From the NCBI GenBank assembly GCA_012862495.1, contig BLSG01000410.1, positions 429,654-475,753 of the forward strand: DNA of 46,100 nt, read 5' to 3'. The position numbers were made by a program, and so were the translations under genes. Numbering within the stretch: the first letter of the stretch is position 1; each line of letters opens with the position of its first letter. Source of the DNA: Thraustochytrium aureum. Taxonomy: Eukaryota. Below the pieces are notes generated by a model that saw nothing but the letters and a program-made list of their open reading frames with translations, had not been told where the DNA came from and did no database searches. This document shows positions 34,636-45,403 of the stretch, piece after piece.

Positions 34636-37600
34636 ATGTCCGCTGCCGAGGAGCGGACGCAAGGTTGCCGCAAGTGCGGCTCGAGGACGCATAGCAAGGC
34701 GACGCACAAAGCGTGTCCGATGACCAAGTCGACCAGGGCCTCGCAGGCGAAGCAGTGGCCGGCAGGCCCAATCGACGGGGCCCAGTGGAGGCGGGTCGAG
34801 CAGGCGGACGAGTATGTGATCGAGTGGGACACAACTGCTCGCGATGCGGCCGTAGGAGAACGTGCCTATCGCCGCCTCGACGAGGTTTGCGACAATATTC
34901 GAGCCAAGGTGCAAGAGACGCATCCCGAGTTTCGGCTGGCGGACGCAACTCCGCTCAGGGTGTTCCAGGCAGTGGCAGGCACTGCACTGGGCAAGATGCA
35001 GGCGGGTCTGAGCACGCGTTTACGCCAAAGGGACCTGGGACCCGTCTCAGAAAGCGAGTTTCTGGCCTTTCTCGCGGCGCTCCTGTACGTCCAGATGACC
35101 GGCTGCTCGAAAACGTACGCTCTGCAAAAGTTCGCGCGAGAAGCAACTTTCGTCGGGGCGCGTGACGTGGTGCTAGGAGAAGACCGATTTGAAGAGTGCC
35201 TCACGAACATGCCCGACTACAGCTCAGAGGACGAGCGCGGCTCTGGCGGCGACGCGTCTGCAGCCGTAAAGGCTTCTCGCGAGCTATTCCTGACGCGGTC
35301 CGCAGTTGTCGCCATCGACGCCGGCCGTGTCGAGTCTCGGCAGGGACGTGCCGCCGGCTATGCTGATGCGGCTCGCGCAGAGTTGAGCTACTTGGTGGAC
35401 CCGATGTTTGGGTTCGTGCTCGCCGTTGAGAGCGGCTGCGGCCCCCAGAGCGCCGCAGCTCGAAGGCTGCTCGACGAGTCTATCCAATCGCCAAGCGGCG
35501 AAGCGACTGCCGTCTGGTACACGGGCAGACCCAGAAGCGGTGCAGCCGCTATGTGCACAGACCTCGCGGCTCGAGGTTTGGGCTGTATCATGGCCTCCGA
35601 CTCGCAAGAAATGCCCTTCACAACCCCGAGCGAACTCCAGGATGAAATTGAGGCCCGGATACAGCAAAGCCATCTTGATCAAGAGACGAGCGAAGGCATC
35701 GAAGGATTCGATTATGCGGCTTCGGTCGCCGCGGCCGGGCCGGGGGGCCTAGCGACCGAGGAGACAGGCGAGAGAACGGCAAGCCAGAACAGCGCGCCGC
35801 TCACAAACGGAAAGAGGAAAGCGGCCAGGCCCCCAACTCAAGCGGCGCAGCGGCGCAGGGGAAACGCTGACGAGACCCTCGAGGCCTCGGCTGCTCAGGA
35901 GGGGTCTGCTGCAAGCATGCAGGAATCCGTGCCAATCCCGGCCGCCCTTCGCAATCAGTTGAGTCTGCCCGTCGCAGCCGTCGTCCAGAGCGCGGCTCAG
36001 GTCGGGATCTTCGCGAGCCCCGACTTTGTCCTTGACGAAAGTGCGTTTTGGGGTCCGGAGCTCTTCGTTGCAGAGAACGCTATCCGCATCGAAGGGCAAC
36101 CCGACAAACTCGTAACAGCTGTCGCCTTTCGGGATTGTGGCGCTCGCGGGTTTTCGGGGAGGACGATAGAGCGCTTTTTCGAATGCGACACAAGTGCTAG
36201 CCTGGCGTCAAGCGTGAGGAGCACGATCTGCATGGAGCGGATGCGCCATGCTGGTCTGGCTGATGCACTAGGAACGACTCTGTTCTTTCCCGGCGGTGGA
36301 AAGCCCGGCGAGCTAGAGGAGGTTGAAAGGCGCCTTGGCAAGTCGGTGCAAGCGCTCGCCTGCTGGCAAGGCTCTGCCGACTGGTCCATTCTCCAGCTGT
36401 TCACCATCACCAGCGCGGCAGGGACGGGCCTGGCGCTTCTGGACCCCGAGGCGCGGCTTCTTCTAGTTGGTCCGTCCGGCTCGCGAGCCTGCTCCCCTGC
36501 AATCGACCAGGCTTCGGTAGCCAAGCGCTTGGCCAGGAGCTGGGTTTCGGAAAGGTTCCGAGCGGGCAAGCGCGCCCGCACCGCCGTGCGCGTGCTTGCC
36601 GGCGATGTCGTTGGCGCGTTGGCCGCGCAGCCTTGGTGCGAGTCTGCCTTTCGCGTTGGCCTCCTCGCCAGCAAAGCAGACCCATTCCTCGCCGCCAGCG
36701 CGGACGCAGTCGCGCTGGTTGTACCGCCGAGCGCCGCCAGGGCAGAGCTCGCCTGCTGCCAAGTAAACGTACGGGCCAGCGTCGACACTGCCGTCCAGGC
36801 CATGCACGGCGAGTACTTTTCTTGCGATGCTGGAGATGACATATGGTGGAAAGCTGTCCCAGTCGAGAGCCGTGGGACCCTGCTCCACCAAGCCACTGTC
36901 ATGGACCTCGACCATTGCCTCTACATCGAAGCGGGCGAAGCGGGGCTGAACTACGCCTGCCTGGTGCGCGTCACTGCTGCGCAGCGAAGCGCACACCGAG
37001 CTGCGCTCGTGCGCCACGCTGACCTGTGTACATGGGCGTACGGGTCGCTCGCGACGGCAGGGCCGCCGCCGGCCCCGCCGAATTCTTTTGACAAGGGGGA
37101 CCGGGAGGCGCTCTTCTCGCACGTCCGCCTTTGGCGAGCTGTGCGCAAGCGCGCAGTCGACGGGCCTTTGTTTCCGGTACGAGCCTTCAAGAGCTTTGCT
37201 GGGGTTGCTGTTTGTGCTCTAAACCGAGGCCTCGGCGAGCACGCGCGCTTGGAAAGGGACTTGCCTGAGCCGAGGTCGCTAGGCCTCAGGCCGGAGCAGC
37301 AGCTCGGGCTGCGCGTTCTGAATCGGTTGGTTGCCAATTCGCTTCTCGCTTTCCGGGCGATGCGCGTCGTTTTCCGCCGCCGAAGGGCGGGCCGCAGCGC
37401 AAGTGGTGCGAGCAACGCAGGCGGGGCAAAGCCGTTTAGCGTGGACCAACTGGAGCGGGAGATGGAAGAGGTGGTCTCGATGCAGGAGTTCGTCTTCACT
37501 CTCGTCGACGCATTGCTAGAGNNNNNNNNNNNNNNNNNNNNNNNNNNNNNNNNNNNNNNNNNNNNNNNNNNNNNNNNNNNNNNNNNNNNNNNNNNNNNNN

Positions 37601-38061
37601 NNGAGACGGGCCAACTCAAGCAGGAGACAGACTCGCGCCCCGCCGCAGATGAGCGCCCGGAGCGAGTTGTCGCATCAGTCTTCGCTCGTTGCAGAGCCTT
37701 TGGATGGCCACCGGAGTGGCCGGGGCCTAACGGAGAGCCAAGCACGTGCGATCCGTGCGCAGTGCCCCAAGAGGAGCCAGGCCGCCCAACTCTTCTTTAA
37801 CGCCAAGGGCAAGCCGCTCCGACTTGACAACTCGAGTAGGCACTACCCAGAGCGCAGCGGGACGCGCACGGTTCTGTGCGCGGCTCCACGGAGCAGGTTT
37901 TCAAGCAGCTCACGTGCGTCGCGTGCTTGTCGAAGCGCGTCACAACGGTGTGTGCGCGGTGCGGTGTCGCGCTCTGCAGGCGGGGCCCGGTGGGCGACAA
38001 GACCTGCTTTGACCGGTTCCACGAGGACGAGACCCTCTCAAGCTGCAGTCTCTCTAGCTAG
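34636..38061 (+). CDS. piggyBac-derived protein with inserted YqaJ/lambda-exonuclease-like domain and C-terminal Cys-rich zinc domain; catalytic motifs degenerate; two compensating frameshifts near 37655 and 37860
   Basis: N-terminal CxxCxxxxH knuckle; TPLRVF..VSESEFLAFLAALL..LGEDRF; VAID; YqaJ-like WQGSADW..TITS..VGLL..PFLAASADA..LLHQATV; LNRGLG..NRLVANSLLAFR..QEFVFTLVDAL; HYP..CVAC..TVCARCGVALC..CFDRFH. Confidence 0.7.
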
Positions 38062-39642
38062 AGCTAGTTCTGGGGGTTGAGTGAAATAATCAGCGTCACG
38101 TACTTGTGCGTCACCCGACGGCGGCCAGGCACGCCGACCACGCCCCTCTCCGCCCATTGGCGCGTGGGCAGGCCGCTTCCTCTCTCGGCGACGAGCAGTG
38201 TACATAATCAGAGCGAGCACTGCCGTGCTCAAGCCATCAGCTTGCTGGGCACGGGGCGCCGGCAGCGCGGCGGCGAGCCTCGGGGCTCGGCTCGCGCGAT
38301 GCGCGCGTGGCTGGACTTGGTCGTCGAGTTGCCACGCGCACGAGGAGTACCCAGCGCAGTCCGGATCGAAGCACCGCTGGGTAAACTTGCCCGTCTCAAA
38401 GTCGACGACGTAGAAGACGTTGTTGCTTCGATGCTGCCGCTGAACGCGGTGGCAAAAGCGGTGCGCTTGCAGATATAGCGTGAGGCGCAGCGGCGCCCCG
38501 CTTTCGGGGTCCTTGTCGAGTTGCCAAGAGCGAACTGACGGCGCCAGATGCCCTCGACTGCCGCCACCCCCGTCTGCGGCAGCGGCATGCGCCAGGATCC
38601 GGCGCTCGACGCCAGGATATGGGGACCGTGGCGCGTGGTCGACCCCAGCGAGAACAGCGAGTCCCGCTGGGAGCGCAGGCCCCGGGTCACAGCTGGCGTC
38701 GAGTTCGTGCCGATGGCGCCGCGGCGCAGGGCCAGGGCCAGGACCAAGGTCGCGCGTGCATGGGAGCAGCGGCGGCGGGAGAGGGGCGTCCAAAGGGCAA
38801 ACGAGCGTCGCCTCGAGAAACCTCGCGAGGCCCGCGCGGGAGGCGTCGTCCACTGGAAATCGATTCGCACCAGAGGGCCGGAGGACGTGCTCCTTGCCAA
38901 ACTTTGAGCAGAGGAAGAGGCGAAACGCTCGGTTTTTGGTGTACACGCCTTGGTCCACAAAGCAGGAGATCTGGCCTGTCTTGTCGCGCACGAGTAAGCG
39001 GGCCCGAACGCGCTGCACGACGCGTGCAACAAAGGCGCCGCACGCCCGGTTGTCGGGAAACAGGCGGCCGCCAGGGAGGTGGAACACGAGGTGCCTCGAG
39101 AACTTTGCTGGCGAGCTCGAGTCGAGGTCCACCACGCTCGAGCTCTCGAGCTCGATAGCGAACTCTTCAAAGAGCTGCGCTGCGGCCGCCTGGACCACGT
39201 CGGCTACCATGGTCTCGCCGTCAAGGTCGGCGTTGGCAGCAGTGGCAAACTCGAGGTCAAAATACAGCCTGCATGGCGCGTTCTCTCGAATCAGCTCGTA
39301 CATGTGGCGCTGCGTTGGCAGCTTGCCGAAGAGGGTCTGCAGAAAGTCTTGGCGCCCGAGCGCTGCGAAGCGCCTGCGCCCAGACTCGGCCTCCTCGACT
39401 GCAAACACCGCCGGCCTCGGCCACCCCTGGCCGCGTTCGAGCGCGTCGCTGTCGCTCAGCGCGTCAACGAACTCGAACGCAAGCGCCTGGCGGGGAAAGA
39501 AGGATTGATCTAAGCGGGCGTCTTGCCGCTGTCGCTTGAGGGTCGACCGCGGCGTCCGTCGCTCGGCCGCGCTGTCGCGGTGCGTTGGCTTGCTGCCGCT
39601 GCCGTAGAAGGCCATTGCAGACACTGGTTTCGGTGCGGCCAT
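38038..39642 (-). CDS. PRIMPOL: DNA primase-polymerase PrimPol (AEP plus UL52-type zinc finger); exact ends uncertain
   Basis: HMYELIRENAPCRLYFDLEF (DxE), KFSRHLVF (SxH), FVDQGVYTKNRAFRL, RFCHRVQRQHRSNN..QRCFDPDC zinc finger. Confidence 0.93.
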   Translation of the reverse strand: MAAPKPVSAMAFYGSGSKPTHRDSAAERRTPRSTLKRQRQDARLDQSFFPRQALAFEFVDALSDSDALERGQGWPRPAVFAVEEAESGRRRFAALGRQDFLQTLFGKLPTQRHMYELIRENAPCRLYFDLEFATAANADLDGETMVADVVQAAAAQLFEEFAIELESSSVVDLDSSSPAKFSRHLVFHLPGGRLFPDNRACGAFVARVVQRVRARLLVRDKTGQISCFVDQGVYTKNRAFRLFLCSKFGKEHVLRPSGANRFPVDDASRAGLARFLEATLVCPLDAPLPPPLLPCTRDLGPGPGPAPRRHRHELDASCDPGPALPAGLAVLAGVDHAPRSPYPGVERRILAHAAAADGGGGSRGHLAPSVRSWQLDKDPESGAPLRLTLYLQAHRFCHRVQRQHRSNNVFYVVDFETGKFTQRCFDPDCAGYSSCAWQLDDQVQPRAHRASRAPRLAAALPAPRAQQADGLSTAVLALIMYTARRRERKRPAHAPMGGEGRGRRAWPPSGDAQVRDADYFTQPPELALARETAA

Positions 39643-41080
39643 GCGCTGGCGCTGCGGCGTGGCGCAGTCTTCGAAGGCGTCTATCCAGGCCCACGCCGTT
39701 GCGTCGACGCGCTCGTGCGCGACCTCCAGAAGAGCTCTGTCGTGGCCGCCGCCGCACTTGACCTCGAGCGTGAGCGTGGCGCCTGGGTCAACGATCACCC
39801 CGCCGAGCTGGCTCCGGGCCACGGCCAGTCCCCTTGTCCCGCAAACAACGATTAGGCACCCGTACGGGCGCCCAGTGGTCAGCCGCGCGCCGTCCTCAGC
39901 ACGGAGCGCGNNNNNNNNNNNNNNNNNNNNNNNNNNNNNNNNNNNNNNNNNNNNNNNNNNNNNNNNNNNNNNNNNNNNNNNNNNNNNNNNNNNNNNNNNN
40001 NNNNNNNNNNNNNNNNNNNNNNNNNNNNNNNNNNNNNNNNNNNNNNNNNNNNNNNNNNNNNNNNNNNNNNNNNNNNNNNNNNNNNNNNNNNNNNNNNNNN
40101 NNNNNNNNNNNNNNNNNNNNNNNNNNNNNNNNNNNNNNNNNNNNNNNNNNNNNNNNNNNNNNNNNNNNNNNNNNNNNNNNNNNNNNNNNNNNNNNNNNNN
40201 NNNNNNNNNNNNNNNNNNNNNNNNNNNNNNNNNNNNNNNNNNNNNNNNNNNNNNNNNNNNNNNNNNNNNNNNNNNNNNNNNNNNNNNNNNNNNNNNNNNN
40301 NNNNNNNNNNNNNNNNNNNNNNNNNNNNNNNNNNNNNNNNNNNNNNNNNNNNNNNNNNNNNNNNNNNNNNNNNNNNNNNNNNNNNNNNNNNNNNNNNNNN
40401 NNNNNNNNNNNNNNNNNNNNNNNNNNNNNNNNNNNNNNNNNNNNNNNNNNNNNNNNNNNNNNNNNNNNNNNNNNNNNNNNNNNNNNNNNNNNNNNNNNNN
40501 NNNNNNNNNNNNNNNNNNNNNNNNNNNNNNNNNNNNNNNNNNNNNNNNNNNNNNNNNNNNNNNNNNNNNNNNNNNNNNNNNNNNNNNNNNNNNNNNNNNN
40601 NNNNNNNNNNNNNNNNNNNNNNNNNNNNNNNNNNNNNNNNNNNNNNNNNNNNNNNNNNNNNNNNNNNNNNNNNNNNNNNNNNNNNNNNNNNNNNNNNNNN
40701 NNNNNNNNNNNNNNNNNNNNNNNNNNNNNNNNNNNNNNNNNNNNNNNNNNNNNNNNNNNNNNNNNNNNNNNNNNNNNNNNNNNNTGAAGTTGACGGCGAG
40801 GAGCGCGCCGCGTTCCGCAGCGCGCCTTTTCGGCGGAGCCGGCCGACCTCTGGCGCTGCCAAGGTGCGGAGGTGTTTCCGGACGTGTCCGAGCTCGCGCA
40901 GGTTTTGTCGAACTGCGCCGCGGTGGTGGAATAGCCGTGGGTGAGAGGGCGGGGTTGGGGTCTTGGCCTTGGGATGCCGGAAGTCGTCTTCGGATGCACA
41001 GCAGCCCGGGCGCGTCAGAACGCTTGTAGATGTCCCATGCTGTTGAAGGTACAGCTTCATCAGATGGAGAAGACTCGCTT

Positions 41081-41163
41081 GTAGGCTTGAAGATCAGCAA
41101 CATGCGTTCGAAACGTTGTCAGTAGGCTTGTAGATCAGCAAAATGCGTTCGAAAACGTTGTCA
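41081..41163. repeat. Two-copy ~41-nt tandem duplication
   Basis: gtaggcttgaagatcagcaacatgcgttcgaaacgttgtca followed by gtaggcttgtagatcagcaaaatgcgttcgaaaacgttgtca. Confidence 0.85.
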
Positions 41164-41548
41164 GTCAGGCAAATATCTCTATAGAGCTAGATCACGCGCG
41201 ACGCTTCTGCTCGGGCGAGCGGCAGAGCAAGCGCATGCCAGGAAGGAAAGGAAGGAGCTTGCGACCCCCAGAGAGGCGGGGGCGGAGAAGCTCTCTCGAG
41301 TTTTAATTAATCAGTGAACCGCGGCGCGCTGCGCGGCAAGGTCCGGCGACGCGTCTGCGCCGAACGATGCTTGCAGCGGCCAGCACGCGCGGAGGAGAAA
41401 CAGGGCCGAGCGCCGCGCAGAACGCGAAGCAGCAGTGTCAGTACAGGCTTCAATAAGGTGCACCGTCCTCAGTACCGGGCCGGCCGAGCCAGCTCTAAGA
41501 AGCAGCAGGGAAGGGCGCGGAGCAGGACAGCACTGTGTGGCAGCGGGC

Positions 41549-43562
41549 TCAGGAAGAAAACATGTCAGCGGCAGGCAGCGCAATGACGTCAGGGTACATG
41601 AAGGACACGTCCTGGAACTGGACCGACCAGGACTGGCGCCCCGTGGACGCGCAGCCAGAAATGTTGGAAAAGCCGCGCACCACGGCCAGCTGGCCGTCCC
41701 CGAGCGTGACGAGGCGCTGGAACCAAAACGAAGACGGCTGCGTCTTGAGCCAGAGGTACTTTGCCATGATGAAGCCCATGTCCGACCTGTCGAGGGCCTC
41801 GAAGACGTTCGGCGCGCCGTTGGGGTCGAGGCGCAAGAGCGCCTTGGCCTTGTCGTCGCAGGACTCTACGATGAACTCGCTGGAGCCCACGGCGCGCTCG
41901 ACCATCCGGAGGCTGGCGACGGGCGTGTTGGCTACGAACTGCGCGGCGTGCGAGCCAAAAGCAGGGTACATGAACGACTCTTGCACGCGCGGGTCCTTGT
42001 TGTCCACGGCGACGCGCAGCGCCTGCGAAAAGGACTTGTTGAACAGCAGGCTTTGGATGCGCTCGTAGTAGCGCGCGAACTCGCCCGAGTCCATGGTGTC
42101 GCAAAAGGTCTTGAAGATGGTGTCGGCGAGGACCACGCCGAGCGGGTCGTGCGAGCCGCCGAAGCCGTCGTCACTCTCCTCGACAAAGATGTCTTGGAGC
42201 GTGGTGGCGTCGCTGCCGCTTGACTCAAAGTCCTCTGCGCCGGTGAGGAGCGCTTCTTCGAGCAGGCTGTCGCAGTCGAAGAGCCCGCCCACCCCGAGCG
42301 GAGCACGCAAGAGCGCATGAGCGCTGCTGCTGCTGCTGCTGCTACTGCTGCCGTTGTTCTTTGTTGTGCTGCTGTGCAAACTCGCGGTGCCTTGGCTGCT
42401 GCTACTGCTGAGGCTATGGTGCGAGAGGCGGTGCGAGAGGATGTCGCTGTTGAGGTGGTGCGCGCGCAGCTGGTCGTGGCCCGGGGCCAGGCGCCCTTGG
42501 TCAAAGTGCATGAGCGCGTGGCCGGAGCCGACGCTCTGGAGGCTCCCGCTGTGCACAGAGGAGCCGCTGTGCGAGACGTCGTCGGGCATGGACGAGGGCG
42601 TGCCCGCGAGGAAGTCAAAGTCGTCGTGCGGACCGGCGCCAGCGGTGCCAAAGGTCAGCGAGAAGAGGTCTTCGCTCGAGTTTTGCCGTTTGGACTCGCG
42701 GGTGTTGACATCGTACAGCGAGTCGGTGTCCCCGGTGTGCGTCGAGTCGAAGGAGCGCTTCTTGCCAACCGCGCGGCCCTCGATCTTGACGCGCATCATG
42801 CCCACGTTGAGCTCGGCGGAGGCAGAGCCACCCGGTCGGGCTCCCGCAGGCCGAGGAGGCGGCGCTGGTGGCGGCGCGGCCCTTGCGCGCCGCGGAGGAG
42901 ATCGTTGCTGCGCCCTTGGGCACGCTCTTGCTGCGCGAAGCGGGGCTGATGGGCTTTTTGACGACTGGCCAGATCTGCACAAACTTGGCGGCGTTCTCGA
43001 CGACGTGCGCGGCCACGTTGGTCTTGTTGACCTCGACGTCGGCGCTGGCGCGCTCGATGAGCACGTACGAGAAGCCCTCGAACACGTGGAAGAAGAGCGC
43101 TGCTTTGGAGGCCATGCTCTGGTCGGGCATGACCTTTTGCTTCATGCGCGACTGGTGCTGCATGCGGCGCGCGACGATGCCCCAGCGCGGGTTGGTCTCG
43201 GAGAACCAGACGGTGGCCTTGGTGAAGCCCTGGTACCTCACAGGGATGCCCTCGGCGCCGTCGTCGTTCTTGATGAGCTTGCGCTCCTTGGAGACGTAGA
43301 ACATCGCGTGGTAGCCCTCTGTCTCGGAGTTGTACGGGACGGGGGAGGCGCACTTTTGGCGCGGGATTCTTTCTGCGAACGAGCCCTCGAGGGAGGCGAG
43401 CAGGAGCTTGAGCACCTTTTCGAATGGGAGCTTGACGGGGGACTCGGTGAGCGGGGGCAGGGTGCCGACGGCCTTGCTGATGCGCTTGACGAGCGGCAGG
43501 GTCTTGTCCTTCTCGCTGGCTTCGTCCGCGTCCTTCTTGTGGCGTTCGTCCAGCGTGTTGAG
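41549..43562 (-). CDS. Hypothetical protein with PAS-like C-terminal domain; 5' end in gap; +1 frameshift near 42832
   Basis: Strong GC3 coding pattern in two ORFs (42615-43562 and 41549-42982) joined by removing one G. The C-terminal pattern FIVESCDDKAKALL..RLVTLGDGQLAVV..VQFQDVS looks PAS-like. Confidence 0.7.
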
Positions 43563-45360
43563 NNNNNNNNNNNNNNNNNNNNNNNNNNNNNNNNNNNNNN
43601 NNNNNNNNNNNNNNNNNNNNNNNNNNNNNNNNNNNNNNNNNNNNNNNNNNNNNNNNNNNNNNNNNNNNNNNNNNNNNNNNNNNNNNNNNNNNNNNNNNNN
43701 NNNNNNNNNNNNNNNNNNNNNNNNNNNNNNNNNNNNNNNNNNNNNNNNNNNNNNNNNNNNNNNNNNNNNNNNNNNNNNNNNNNNNNNNNNNNNNNNNNNN
43801 NNNNNNNNNNNNNNNNNNNNNNNNNNNNNNNNNNNNNNNNNNNNNNNNNNNNNNNNNNNNNNNNNNNNNNNNNNNNNNNNNNNNNNNNNNNNNNNNNNNN
43901 NNNNNNNNNNNNNNNNNNNNNNNNNNNNNNNNNNNNNNNNNNNNNNNNNNNNNNNNNNNNNNNNNNNNNNNNNNNNNNNNNNNNNNNNNNNNNNNNNNNN
44001 NNNNNNNNNNNNNNNNNNNNNNNNNNNNNNNNNNNNNNNNNNNNNNNNNNNNNNNNNNNNNNNNNNNNNNNNNNNNNNNNNNNNNNNNNNNNNNNNNNNN
44101 NNNNNNNNNNNNNNNNNNNNNNNNNNNNNNNNNNNNNNNNNNNNNNNNNNNNNNNNNNNNNNNNNNNNNNNNNNNNNNNNNNNNNNNNNNNNNNNNNNNN
44201 NNNNNNNNNNNNNNNNNNNNNNNNNNNNNNNNNNNNNNNNNNNNNNNNNNNNNNNNNNNNNNNNNNNNNNNNNNNNNNNNNNNNNNNNNNNNNNNNNNNN
44301 NNNNNNNNNNNNNNNNNNNNNNNNNNNNNNNNNNNNNNNNNNNNNNNNNNNNNNNNNNNNNNNNNNNNNNNNNNNNNNNNNNNNNNNNNNNNNNNNNNNN
44401 NNNNNNNNNNNNNNNNNNNNNNNNNNNNNNNNNNNNNNNNNNNNNNNNNNNNNNNNNNNNNNNNGTGGGACACATGTGGAGGGAAGGAAGTAGGCGCTGG
44501 GCGGGCGGGGTCGCATGCATGGCATGGGTCAAAGCAATCTATCTGTCGTTTGTGCGCCAGGCCTGGTTTGCTCAGAGCACCGCTGCCAGTGAGCGAGCAA
44601 GCGCGTAGCGAGCAGGCCGTGCTGCTCGTGGAGGGCTCCTGGCCTTTGGACTCGTGCTCTGGCAAGAGGTGGGCGAGGAATTCCCACCGGGAGGGCTTCC
44701 TCAGCCGGACCTGCCTGCAGAGAGGCGCCCGTGGCGCAGGCCCAGCGAATTGGATACCAATCAATTCAAGTTGGACAATCTTCGTGGCCAAGTCGAAAGT
44801 GGGTATGACCACGGTTGACGCCGCTCGCTCGTCAGAAGAAGGAGAGTAGAGGCCTCTAGAGAGTGCTGTACTTGGGCACTTACGGTACTCTACCGTGACA
44901 GTACTTACCCGGAGTACCTGCTATTCAAAGCGTTTCGAATCGGTTCGCGTGGCTACTTCCCTGCTTCCGCTCGGCCAACAACCCTCCTCTGCCCAGGAAG
45001 ACGTCGGCCGATGACTCGCGGCAGGCAGGTAAGTACTCTACCTACCTACCTCCTCTGCCTGCGCAGCGGGTTAGGATCCTCCGTGGTTCAGCGCCGCCTC
45101 GTACCCAGCCGAGCGCCAGGGTGGGCAGGTGGTCGGCCGCCACCAGAGCCGAACGAACGAGACACCGATTGTTCCCGAGCGCGCCGCTAAGTGGTACCTA
45201 CGTGCTCCCCGCGCAAGGGCTCGGTGGCTCGCCGGCCATTGCTCGCAAGTGGACAGACAGACAGCGCACAGCAGGCCGGCCTCCTTGCGCCGCGGGTCGC
45301 GTTGCCCCTGCTCGCGATGGTCAATCGACCCCTCAGGTTTCGTTCTTCCTCTTCCTGGCT

Positions 45361-45403
45361 CTCGAGATACTCTTGAGATATACTCTTGAGATATTCTCTT
45401 GAG
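45361..45403. repeat. Short tandem repeat, ~3 copies of CTCTTGAGATA(T)A-like unit
   Basis: ctcgagatactcttgagatatactcttgagatattctcttgag. Confidence 0.7.

Noticed and set aside
34556..38067. GCTCTAGCTAG inverted match flanking the piggyBac-like gene as TIRs
   Set aside because: Only about 11 nt and self-complementary. It overlaps the stop codon, lacks TTAA, and similar motifs occur at unrelated gene boundaries.
34636..39642. Endogenous viral module (YqaJ exonuclease next to a primase-polymerase)
   Set aside because: PrimPol looks like the ordinary eukaryotic type, the neighbours are housekeeping genes, and there is no capsid or packaging gene or obvious composition shift.
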